From Actinomycetota bacterium (GTDB taxonomy: Bacteria > Actinomycetota > Acidimicrobiia > Spongiisociales > ZC4RG35): a DNA stretch of 48,916 nt. Positions 34,233 through 42,826 of this stretch are shown here, piece after piece (the first letter of the stretch is position 1; every line of letters begins with the position of its first letter). Where the stretch lies: positions 23,547 to 72,462 of the forward strand of contig DAIOGO010000002.1 in NCBI GenBank assembly GCA_036745195.1, given 5' to 3'. The notes under the pieces are model-generated. The model saw only the letters and a list, made by a program, of their open reading frames with translations, was not told the DNA's origin and searched no databases. Made by a program: the position numbers and the translations under genes.

Positions 34233-36556
34233 TCGGGCGGACCCGCCGCGACCTGCCGGCCGACATCTATCCGGACGATCCCTGGCGGCTCTCGGAGGAA
34301 CGGTGGACGCCTGGTTTCGTCCCGATGACCGAGACCCTCTTCGCCCTTTCCAACGGCAACCTTGGGATCAGGGCAACGATCGAGGATGGCGGCCCGGCTC
34401 ATGCCCGCGGCACGTTCCTCAACGGCTTCCACGAGACATGGCAGATCGAGTATCCCGAGGCGGCCTACGGGTTCGCCACCGTCGGCCAGACCATCGTCAA
34501 TCTCCCTGACCCCTCCGGGATCACGATCACCGTCGACGGGGAGGTTCTCACTGCCGAGGGCGCCAACCACTGCCGCCGCACCCTCGACTTCCGGGTGGGG
34601 GTGCTCGAACGGGACACGACCTGGACCACCAGATCCGGCGTCGGCGTGACTGCCCGGCACCGGCGGCTGGTATCGCTCGAGCAGGCCGATCTGATCGCTT
34701 TCCACCTCGAGATCGAGGTCGACCGGACCGCCGAGGTGACCGTCGGCTCGACAGTGACCGAACATCGGCCGGTGGCGGCACCGGATTCGTTCGACCCCCG
34801 TAAGGCTGCCCGTGTCGGCCATCGGGTGCTGGAACCGGTGAGCCGGTCGCAGGAGGGTGACGTGTCGATCGCCACCTGGCGGACGGCCAACTCGCAGCTC
34901 CCGCTCACCGTCGCCACCTTGCATCGGATCGAGGGGCCGCCCGCCGTGCAGAGCCAGGTCGAGACCGACGACTCATTCGGCCTGGTTACGAGTGCGACCG
35001 TGGGGCCGGACACGCCTTGGCGGATCACCAAGTGGGTGGTGTACCGGCCGGAGGAGACTGCCGGGAACGCACTCGCCTCTCTGGCAGCCGCCGCCTCCTC
35101 CGGCTTCGAGGACATGGCGGCGTCCCAGCGCCGGGCGCTGGCCGCCTTCTGGGATCTGGCCGACATCGAGGTCGAAACCGGCCCCGGCGTCCAGCGGGCC
35201 ATCCGCTGGACGCTCTTCCAGATCTACCAGTCGTCGGTTCATCTGGCGGGACGGTCCATCCCCGCCAAAGGCCTCACCGGTCAGGCCTATGACGGGCACT
35301 ACTTCTGGGACACCGAGATCTACCTGATCCCGTTCCTGGCAGGTGTGGCTCCGGCAGCAGCCAGGGAGGTGCTCCGCTACCGGCACGGTCTCCTCGACCA
35401 CGCCCGGGCCCGGGCGAGAGAACTCTCGGTGGCGGGAGCGCTGTTTCCCTGGAGGACAATCTCCGGAGAGGAGGCTTCGGCCTACTTCCCGGCCGGCACC
35501 GCCCAATACCACATCGACGCCGACATCATTCACGGTCTCCGCCACTACCTGCTCGCCACCGGCGACGACGAGACCCTGTGGGACATCGGTGTCGAGATGG
35601 CGGTGGAGACCGCCCGCATGTGGCGGGATCTCGGCTTCTTCCTCGATGGTTCATTCCACATCCACGGGGTCACCGGACCCGACGAGTACAGCGCCCTGGT
35701 CGATGACAACGCCTTCACCAACCGGATGGCTCGCATGAACCTGCGCTTTGCAGCCGAGTCGGTGGCCAGAATGCAGATCGAACAACCCGCCCGTTTCGCC
35801 CTCCTCGCCGCCAAGCTGGGACTCGGCCCCGAGGAACCGTCCGACTGGTCGCAGGCGGCCGAGGCGATGTTCGTCCCCCATGACCCTGTTCGGGGCATCA
35901 CCCCGCAGGACGCCCACTTTCTGACGAAGGAGGCCTGGGACTTCGCTGCCGTCCCGCCCGAGTCATACCCGCTGCTCCTCCACTTTCACCCTCTCGTCAT
36001 CTACCGCCACCAGGTCCTGAAGCAGGCGGACGTGGTGCTGGCCGATTTCCTCCTCGGAGACGAGGTCCCCCCGGATCTCAAGCGAAGGAACTTCGAGTTC
36101 TACGACCCGATCACCACCGGGGACTCATCCCTTTCGCCCAGCATCCAATCGATCGCCGCCTGTGAAATCGGTGACATGGCGAAAGCGATGGCGCACTTCT
36201 CCAATGCCCTGATGGTGGATCTGGCGGATCTGGCCGGCAACACGGCCGATGGAGTCCACATGGCGTCAGCCGGTGGGATCTGGCTGGCCCTGACCTCCGG
36301 ATTCGGCGGCTTGTCGATCCGCCAGGGTCGGGTCGTCCTCACCCCGCGTCTCCCCGACGGCTGGAGCAGGCTGACGTTCACGACCCGGTTCCGGGGGATC
36401 CTGCTCGAGGTCGACGTCCGACCCGGGCGGCTGAACCTGATGGTGCGAGGAGGCGACTTGACCGTGGAGGTGTTCGACCGTCAAGTCGCCCTCACCGACA
36501 TGGTTCCCGTGACCGTCGAGCGGTCACCGGGACCGGTCAGCCGGCGGCGGCAGTGA
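34229..36556 (+). CDS. glycoside hydrolase family 65 phosphorylase (trehalose/maltose/kojibiose phosphorylase type)
   Basis: In-frame ATG at 34229 of track ORF 33488..36556. GH65 features: LFALSNGNLGIRA, GLTGQAYDGHYFWDTEIY, HITGDIA-like HIDADIIHGL, and GPDEYSALVDDNAFTN. Partnered with beta-PGM as in known GH65 operons. Confidence 0.85.
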   Translation: MIGRTRRDLPADIYPDDPWRLSEERWTPGFVPMTETLFALSNGNLGIRATIEDGGPAHARGTFLNGFHETWQIEYPEAAYGFATVGQTIVNLPDPSGITITVDGEVLTAEGANHCRRTLDFRVGVLERDTTWTTRSGVGVTARHRRLVSLEQADLIAFHLEIEVDRTAEVTVGSTVTEHRPVAAPDSFDPRKAARVGHRVLEPVSRSQEGDVSIATWRTANSQLPLTVATLHRIEGPPAVQSQVETDDSFGLVTSATVGPDTPWRITKWVVYRPEETAGNALASLAAAASSGFEDMAASQRRALAAFWDLADIEVETGPGVQRAIRWTLFQIYQSSVHLAGRSIPAKGLTGQAYDGHYFWDTEIYLIPFLAGVAPAAAREVLRYRHGLLDHARARARELSVAGALFPWRTISGEEASAYFPAGTAQYHIDADIIHGLRHYLLATGDDETLWDIGVEMAVETARMWRDLGFFLDGSFHIHGVTGPDEYSALVDDNAFTNRMARMNLRFAAESVARMQIEQPARFALLAAKLGLGPEEPSDWSQAAEAMFVPHDPVRGITPQDAHFLTKEAWDFAAVPPESYPLLLHFHPLVIYRHQVLKQADVVLADFLLGDEVPPDLKRRNFEFYDPITTGDSSLSPSIQSIAACEIGDMAKAMAHFSNALMVDLADLAGNTADGVHMASAGGIWLALTSGFGGLSIRQGRVVLTPRLPDGWSRLTFTTRFRGILLEVDVRPGRLNLMVRGGDLTVEVFDRQVALTDMVPVTVERSPGPVSRRRQ

Positions 36557-38630
36557 AGAACAGGCGCTGGGCGACGTCGTCGTAGAACAGGCGGTAGCCG
36601 ACGCCGCCCCGGGCGGTGGCCGAGTCGAGTCCGATGAGCACGGGTTTGGAAACATCCAATCCCATCGAGGCCAGCAGGTCTCGCCGTCCCGGTCCATCGA
36701 GATTGGGATCGGCCACTGCGATCATCATCCCCATGGCCTGGAGACCCACCGCATCCGCCTCTGATGGGCCGGTCGGGTCGATGGTCATCGTCACCGTGTC
36801 GACCGAGCCGGCGGCCCCAACCGTGCCCGCCACCGCCACATAGGGAGTCAACTGGAACTCGAACTCTCCCGGAAGCAACGAGGGCAGTGCCAGCTGCGGA
36901 TTGACGGATGCCGCCGTCTCGTTCCAGCGCTTGACGAACTCGGGGGCGGTGAGGGCAAAAGCGGTGGGCTGGAATGGGGCAACCGTCGTCTCCGGAACTG
37001 CCTCGGTGGTGGGCGGGGCGGTGGTGGCAACCGGTGACGTGGAGGGCGTGACCTGTGAGCCATCCACGGTAGGAGTGGGCTGCGCCGAGGTGGTGCCGGT
37101 CGGCTCGGCATCCTGGGTGAGCAGCCGGAAGGCCAGATAACCACCCAGCCCGAGTCCGCCCAGCAGCAGGACGACGCCCGTGAGGATGGCGACCCGTCTG
37201 AGAAAGCCGGGCAGCCGGGATGGTTTGGTCGATGATTCGCGGAGTGATCGCTGCGAGGCGATGATGGCGTCGGCGACAGTGACCGCCTCTTCCTCGTTGT
37301 CGGATTGCCGCCGAAGTGCCTCCACCGCCGCCGCCAGCGAACCGGCGTCGGTCCCGATCTCCTCGTCCGGCGAAGGAGCTTCGAGGGTGACTTCGGGGGC
37401 TGCACCGTCATCTTCCACACGCTCGGCGGCGGGCGGAACGGGGGCGATTCGTCGCCTCCCGAGCCGTTGACCGAAGTTGCGCCGCAACTCCTCGCCCTCT
37501 CCCCCGATCGCCATCACTCGCTCGGTCAGAGACTCGGGGGAATCGACGGCCTTCTCGGTTTGGGCTAGGTCATCCTCGGGGGAGACTCCGGAACCATCAG
37601 CCAGGGCGCCGGCGGGTTCGACCAGCCCGGGCTCGCCACCGAGATCGAGCACATCCTCGTCTGCCGGAACCGGCATGGTCTCATCGACGGGATCGAGCAC
37701 GGTTTGGTGGGGGCCGGGGTCGTCCGCAACCCATCCGGCGTCGGAATCGGGATCGGTTTCGTCAGCGACAGGGACTTCCACCACCGGCGCCTCGGGCTGA
37801 GGGCTCCAGGGCTCCGGTTCCGGGCCGGGATCGATCTCCCAACTCCCCCCCACCCCGTCGAGTCGGTCGTTGTCTGCGTGTTCGGGGGCGATGGAGTCGG
37901 CGACGAATGGCTCGGCAGCCGGCTCGGGACCCGCCGCGATCTCGATACTGGTAGCACTGGAGGAAGCCGGATCCGCCTCCACACCGTCGATCTGGCCGAT
38001 GTCGTCCACCAACACACGCTTCGGCGCCCGGGGCGTCCCCTTGGGAGCCGGGCGAGGCTTCTTGTGTTTGGGAGCCCTCTCAGCCACTTCCTCAACCTGT
38101 GTATCTTCGAGCGTCACCTCGGACGGCGGGGACGCCGCTTCGGAGTCCGCCAACCCTGACTCAGCCACTTCCTCGACCTGTGAACCTTCGAGCGTCACCT
38201 CGGACGGCGGGGGCGCCGCTTCGGAGTCCGCCAACCCTGACTCTGCCACATCGACTTCGGCGCTGCGAGCCCGAGTCTGTTTGGGTTTGGCGGCCCGCGG
38301 TTTCCTGGCAGCCGGTTTCGGGGCAACCTCCGACCCCTCGAGCCCGGTCCTCCCCGAGAGGAACCCGCTCAGGGTTCCCCGGTCGATACTGGCGACCATC
38401 TCGGCAAAGTCACCGTGATCATCCGGGGTGAAGTGGATGGCGTCCCCGTCGACGTGAACGGCAAAGTCGCCACCGCCGTTGGCGCGAATGGTGCAATCGG
38501 CAATCGGCCACGTTCCGATGTCGACCGCACCCGCCGCCACCTGCAACTGATCAGAGGTGACGCGCAGCGCCACCTCCAAGGGAGAGTCGTCTCCGACGGC
38601 GATCCGCCCGGAAAAGGTCTTCGATTCCAT
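36537..38630 (-). CDS. large single-pass membrane protein: uncharacterised N-terminal cytoplasmic domain, long acidic repeat-containing linker, TM, Pro/Thr linker, uncharacterised extracytoplasmic C-terminal domain
   Basis: About 697 aa from ATG 38630 (the track begins one codon earlier at a TTG). TM segment VAILTGVVLLLGGLGLGGYLAF. The N- and C-terminal domains are homologous to those of 39408..40340. Confidence 0.75.
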   Translation of the reverse strand: MESKTFSGRIAVGDDSPLEVALRVTSDQLQVAAGAVDIGTWPIADCTIRANGGGDFAVHVDGDAIHFTPDDHGDFAEMVASIDRGTLSGFLSGRTGLEGSEVAPKPAARKPRAAKPKQTRARSAEVDVAESGLADSEAAPPPSEVTLEGSQVEEVAESGLADSEAASPPSEVTLEDTQVEEVAERAPKHKKPRPAPKGTPRAPKRVLVDDIGQIDGVEADPASSSATSIEIAAGPEPAAEPFVADSIAPEHADNDRLDGVGGSWEIDPGPEPEPWSPQPEAPVVEVPVADETDPDSDAGWVADDPGPHQTVLDPVDETMPVPADEDVLDLGGEPGLVEPAGALADGSGVSPEDDLAQTEKAVDSPESLTERVMAIGGEGEELRRNFGQRLGRRRIAPVPPAAERVEDDGAAPEVTLEAPSPDEEIGTDAGSLAAAVEALRRQSDNEEEAVTVADAIIASQRSLRESSTKPSRLPGFLRRVAILTGVVLLLGGLGLGGYLAFRLLTQDAEPTGTTSAQPTPTVDGSQVTPSTSPVATTAPPTTEAVPETTVAPFQPTAFALTAPEFVKRWNETAASVNPQLALPSLLPGEFEFQLTPYVAVAGTVGAAGSVDTVTMTIDPTGPSEADAVGLQAMGMMIAVADPNLDGPGRRDLLASMGLDVSKPVLIGLDSATARGGVGYRLFYDDVAQRLFFTAAAG
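38083..38250. repeat. in-frame 81-bp tandem repeat (2 copies plus a partial third) inside the 36537..38630 gene
   Basis: 38083-38163 and 38164-38244 are near-identical (a few mismatches), with a third unit starting at 38245. They encode the 27-aa unit EVAESGLADSEAAPPPSEVTLEGSQVE. Confidence 0.85.
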
Positions 38631-38706
38631 CAATGCTGTGTTTCTTCGGCTCCTGAGGAGCGCACCTTGACAGAAGTATGCATCGACCAGGTCGGGGAAC
38701 CGGGGA

Positions 38707-39291
38707 TCACCAACACCCGCCGCTGGCGTTCCAATGGGACCAACCGCCGCCCTCGTACACCAACCAGGCCGCCACCGCCACGTTGGCCACGGGATCGAAC
38801 ACGTCGGATCCGGCCCAGCCTGCCTTGGCCGACCGGGTGCGCCACTGGCTGGCCAGATGCTGGAACAAACCGCTGGCGGTGGAGGTGGGGTTCTTGGCCG
38901 AGGACACTCCCCTCGACTCGCACGAGATCACCCGGACTGCTCGATCGACATCGCCCGGTTCGAAGAACATCTCGACCAGGGGTCGCCAGTCCTCGACGGA
39001 TTCGATCTCGGCGGGGACCAGGTCGTAGGGCCCGGGCGGCGGGGGTGGAGCCGGTTGGACGAGGTCGCCGGGCAGGCACACCGATCCACTCACCGGTGGG
39101 TGACACCCGGTCAGGAGTGGTGAGGGCTCGGCCGGGATGACGGCGTCGAGACCCGCTGCAAACAGGGCGGCGTCGGCCGGGCCCATCACCACGAACAGGG
39201 AAGGAGCGGGTTGGGCGACCGCTCCCCCCGCCGCAATCAAACCGGCCAGGGTGAAAATTCCGATCAGGTAGGAACCGAACGCGCGCATCAC
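38707..39291 (-). CDS. secreted lytic-transglycosylase-like (lysozyme-like/SLT-type) protein
   Basis: Signal peptide MRAFGSYLIGIFTLAGLIAAGGAVA|Q. The C-terminal ISCESRGVSSAKNPTSTASGLFQHLASQW...AAWLVY..GWSHW has the catalytic-Glu context (CES) and the GLFQ motif of transglycosylase-like domains. Start is GTG 39291 or ATG 39288. Confidence 0.65.
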   Translation of the reverse strand: MMRAFGSYLIGIFTLAGLIAAGGAVAQPAPSLFVVMGPADAALFAAGLDAVIPAEPSPLLTGCHPPVSGSVCLPGDLVQPAPPPPPGPYDLVPAEIESVEDWRPLVEMFFEPGDVDRAVRVISCESRGVSSAKNPTSTASGLFQHLASQWRTRSAKAGWAGSDVFDPVANVAVAAWLVYEGGGWSHWNASGGCW

Positions 39292-39407
39292 GAGAACCTC
39301 ACGGTGGGGAATTCCTCGAACAAGGAAGGGAGGCCCCTCAGGGCCGCAAACAGCTTACATCGATGTTGTTCACCATCGCAAGCAGGAAGTGCGCAAAAGC
39401 GAGCGGG

Positions 39408-40340
39408 TCACGGACGCGGTTCGATCCGAAACAACACACTTCCGAACCCGGCCAGGTACTGGAGGCTGTAGCGGTTCGACCCCCAGTCCACCGTGGACTC
39501 CACCGGCTGGAGCTGCGGGTCGTCGGGATCGATGCCGAGTTGCTCGAGGATGGCTCTTCGCCCATCAGGACCCACCACCGGATCGACCGTCGCCATGGCC
39601 AGACCCCAAACCGCCAGCCCCTGTTCGTCGCTCTCGGCTGGACCGTTGGGGTCGAGGGTGATGAGGATCAAATCGAGCGTTCCATCCTCACCGGTCGTGG
39701 CCTGGAGGTAGATCCACTCCGAGAGCCCGACCTCGAGACCGGAGGAAGCGTCGACGTTGGGGAGGGCGGCGCCGACCCCGAGGTCGGCCGAATTGCGGTT
39801 CCAGCGCTCGACGAATTCTGCCGGCTCCAGCTCGAACCAGGGTGTCGCCGGGACGACGGTCGTTGTCGGAGAAGCGGGAGACGCCACCGCCGGCGGATCG
39901 GGACGCTGACTCACCACCAGGATCCCGTAGGCGGCCGCCACCAGGGTGGCCGCCACAGCCGCACCGACCAGCATCCGCCGAACATCGGTAGGGGGCACGG
40001 CCTCGGCTGGGTCCTCGTCGGTCGGGGGCGGAGGCGGGGTATTGGCAGGGAGCAATTTCACCGTCGAGATGCGGTCAGCCAGCGTGGAGGAGACGAACCG
40101 GCCGGCGGCCACGTGGGCAAAGCCGACGGGGTCGTTCGGTTCGAACACCACGGGTTCCCCGTCGATGGAGAGATCGAAGGTCCCGTTCTTGCCGGGAGTG
40201 ACCCGGCAGTAGCGGATCGGCCAGGCCCCGATGGAGGCCCCGTTGGCAACCATCCTGACCGCGTCGGCCCCAACCTCGAGCTCGACCACCACGGCCTCGC
40301 CTTCGGCCAAGGTCATCCGGCCTCGGAAGATGTCGACCAC
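39408..40340 (-). CDS. single-pass membrane protein, short paralog of 36537..38630 (same N- and C-terminal domains)
   Basis: 310 aa, GTG start. TM segment MLVGAAVAATLVAAAYGILVV. N-domain ...IGAWPIRYCRV...FDLSIDGEPVVFEPNDPVGFA; C-domain PAEFVERWN...TLDPNGPAESDEQGLAVWGLAMATVDP..GPDGRRAILEQLGID. Confidence 0.75.
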   Translation of the reverse strand: MVDIFRGRMTLAEGEAVVVELEVGADAVRMVANGASIGAWPIRYCRVTPGKNGTFDLSIDGEPVVFEPNDPVGFAHVAAGRFVSSTLADRISTVKLLPANTPPPPPTDEDPAEAVPPTDVRRMLVGAAVAATLVAAAYGILVVSQRPDPPAVASPASPTTTVVPATPWFELEPAEFVERWNRNSADLGVGAALPNVDASSGLEVGLSEWIYLQATTGEDGTLDLILITLDPNGPAESDEQGLAVWGLAMATVDPVVGPDGRRAILEQLGIDPDDPQLQPVESTVDWGSNRYSLQYLAGFGSVLFRIEPRP

Positions 40341-40390
40341 CGGCCATCAGGTTAACCGACCGAGAATGACACCCCCCTACAGTCACCAAC

Positions 40391-42784
40391 ATGACCCTCC
40401 CCGTCGAGCCCGTGATCCCCGAATTGCTGGAGGCGCTGGCCGACGATGGCCAGGCGGTGCTCGTGGCGCCGCCCGGATCGGGCAAGACCACGGTGGTTCC
40501 GCTGCACCTCATGGGGAGGAGCGGACGGGTCGTGATCCTCGAGCCGCGACGGGTGGCAACCCGGGCGGCCGCTCGCCGGATGGCATCCCTTCTCGGAGAG
40601 GAAGTCGGTGAGACCGTCGGCTACGTCACCCGGGACGACCGGAGAACGGGACCGGCCACTCGCATCGAGGTGGTCACTGAAGGAGTGCTGACCCGACGCC
40701 TGCAGACCGATCCCTCGCTTGCGGGGACGTCGGTCGTGATCTTCGACGAGTTCCACGAGCGCAACCTGCAGACCGATCTGGGGATGGCCCTGTTGCTCGA
40801 TGTCCGCCGATCGATCCGACCGGATCTCGAGGTCCTGGTGATGTCAGCCACCATCGACGCCAACCGGATCGCCGACCACCTCGGCGGGGCCAGGGTCGTT
40901 CGAGCGGAGGGTTCGGTTCACCCGGTGGAGATCCGCTGGCTGCCGCCGGCCCGCAACGCCTCCTTCGAGGGCCACGCCGCCACGACCATCAACCGATCGC
41001 TCCGCCAGGATGAGGGAGACATCCTGGTGTTCCTCCCCGGCATGGCCGAAATGCGGCGGGTGGCCGCCGCTCTCGAGGGAGTGTCCGCCGCCATCCACCT
41101 CCTGCACGGGAGTCTCAGCCCGGCCGAACAGGATGCCGCCTTGGCACCCGGACCGACCCGCAAGGTGATCCTGGCGACGGACATCGCCGAGTCGAGCCTC
41201 ACGGTGGAGGGCGTGCGGGTGGTCATCGACGGTGGAGCGGCGAGGGCACCACGATTCGATCCCCGCACCGGGATGACGAGATTGCAGACCGTGGCCATCT
41301 CGCGCGCTTCCGCCGACCAGAGGTCCGGGCGGGCCGGCAGGCTGGGGCCGGGGGTGGCCTACCGGTTGTGGTCCAAGATCGAGCATGGCACCCGTCCACC
41401 CCACATCGAAGCCGAGATCGGCCAGGTCGACCTCGCCGGGTTGGTGCTGGAACTGGCACTGTGGGGGGTGGGTGGACCGGACGAGTTGCCTTTCCTGGAA
41501 CCACCGCCCGCCCGATCGATACAGGGGGCGAAGACCCTGCTCCAATCCCTGGGCGCCATCGACGAGGGTGGCCGGATCACAGATGCCGGACGGAAGATGG
41601 CCAACTTGCCCGTCCACCCCCGGCTGGCGGCGATGGTGGTCGACGCCGGCGACGGCACCGGCCTCGCCTGTGTGCTCGCCGCCTTGATCGGCGAGCGAGA
41701 CCCCTTCCGGGGCCGGCCCGACGATCTGCCTATCGACCTCGCCACCCGGGTGGCGGTGATCGCCGGCATCGGATCCCACCCGGCAGCCGATCGGGCGAGC
41801 ATCGATCGAGTCAGGCGCTCGGCCGCCGATCTGGCCCGACGGCTGGGGCTCTCGATCGGAACGGTCGATCCCGGGGCTTCCGGCCGGCTGCTGGTCAGGG
41901 CTTATCCCGACCGACTGGCCATCCGGCGTGGCTCTCCCGGACGGTTCCAGATTCGAGCAGGACCCACTGCCTGGTGCCCGCCCCAGGATCCCCTGGCGAT
42001 CGAACAATTCCTGGTGGCGGTGGATCTCGACGGGAAACGCAAGGACGCCCGAATCAGACTGGCGGCGGCCCTCGATCCTTCCGATCTCATGGAGGCGTTC
42101 GGGTCGGCGATCACCTCCGTCGTCTCCCTGGAATGGTCGGGCGACCGGCTGGTCGACGTTTTCGAGGATCGCCTGGGCGGTATCGTGCTCGGCTCCCGGA
42201 CCGAACGCGCCACCCCTCGCCAGGCGGTGGTCGATGCCCTGCTGGAGCGGGTACGACGGGAGGGGATCGACTGTCTGCCCTGGAGCGAGCGGGCCAACCA
42301 CCTCCGCCGGAGGGTGACCTTCCTCCACCACCGGGTGGGCCCGCCGTGGCCCGACCTGTCCGACGAGGCGCTCGCCGCCACCTGCCGCCACTGGCTGGGA
42401 CCTTTCCTGGGCACATGCACCTCGATGGCCGATTTGGGCAAGATCGACCTGACCAGGGTTCTGAAGTCGATGATCGGTCCGCAGGCTGCCCAGCTCGATC
42501 GGCTGGCGCCTCCGACGGTTCGCCTCCCGGGAGGACGTACCGTTCCTCTCGACTACTCCGGTGAGATCCCGGTGCTCGCCGCCAGGGTGCAGGACCTGTT
42601 CGGGTTGCACACCACACCGCTCGTGTGTGACGAACCGGTGGTGGTGCATCTTCTCTCCCCGGCCGGGCGACCCGTCCAGATCACACGCGATCTCGAGCGG
42701 TTCTGGAACGGATCGTGGCACCAGGTCCGCAAGGAGATGGCGGGCCGGTATCCCAAACACGCCTGGCCCGAGAACCCGGGGTGA
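40391..42784 (+). CDS. hrpB: ATP-dependent RNA helicase HrpB (DEAH-box)
   Basis: 797 aa: motif I APPGSGKTT, motif II DEFHER, SATID, TDIAESSLTVEGV, QRSGRAGR, and a C-terminal HrpB_C-like region. Confidence 0.9.
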   Translation: MTLPVEPVIPELLEALADDGQAVLVAPPGSGKTTVVPLHLMGRSGRVVILEPRRVATRAAARRMASLLGEEVGETVGYVTRDDRRTGPATRIEVVTEGVLTRRLQTDPSLAGTSVVIFDEFHERNLQTDLGMALLLDVRRSIRPDLEVLVMSATIDANRIADHLGGARVVRAEGSVHPVEIRWLPPARNASFEGHAATTINRSLRQDEGDILVFLPGMAEMRRVAAALEGVSAAIHLLHGSLSPAEQDAALAPGPTRKVILATDIAESSLTVEGVRVVIDGGAARAPRFDPRTGMTRLQTVAISRASADQRSGRAGRLGPGVAYRLWSKIEHGTRPPHIEAEIGQVDLAGLVLELALWGVGGPDELPFLEPPPARSIQGAKTLLQSLGAIDEGGRITDAGRKMANLPVHPRLAAMVVDAGDGTGLACVLAALIGERDPFRGRPDDLPIDLATRVAVIAGIGSHPAADRASIDRVRRSAADLARRLGLSIGTVDPGASGRLLVRAYPDRLAIRRGSPGRFQIRAGPTAWCPPQDPLAIEQFLVAVDLDGKRKDARIRLAAALDPSDLMEAFGSAITSVVSLEWSGDRLVDVFEDRLGGIVLGSRTERATPRQAVVDALLERVRREGIDCLPWSERANHLRRRVTFLHHRVGPPWPDLSDEALAATCRHWLGPFLGTCTSMADLGKIDLTRVLKSMIGPQAAQLDRLAPPTVRLPGGRTVPLDYSGEIPVLAARVQDLFGLHTTPLVCDEPVVVHLLSPAGRPVQITRDLERFWNGSWHQVRKEMAGRYPKHAWPENPG

Positions 42785-42826
42785 GCCACGGCCGTCCAGA
42801 ACCCCCCTGAGGCGATACCCTCAACC

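Noticed and set aside
40844-42760. 638-aa antisense ORF opposite hrpB, plus 41368..42564 (+) in another frame
   Set aside because: Off-frame artefacts of high GC content. hrpB carries all DEAH helicase motifs in its own frame.
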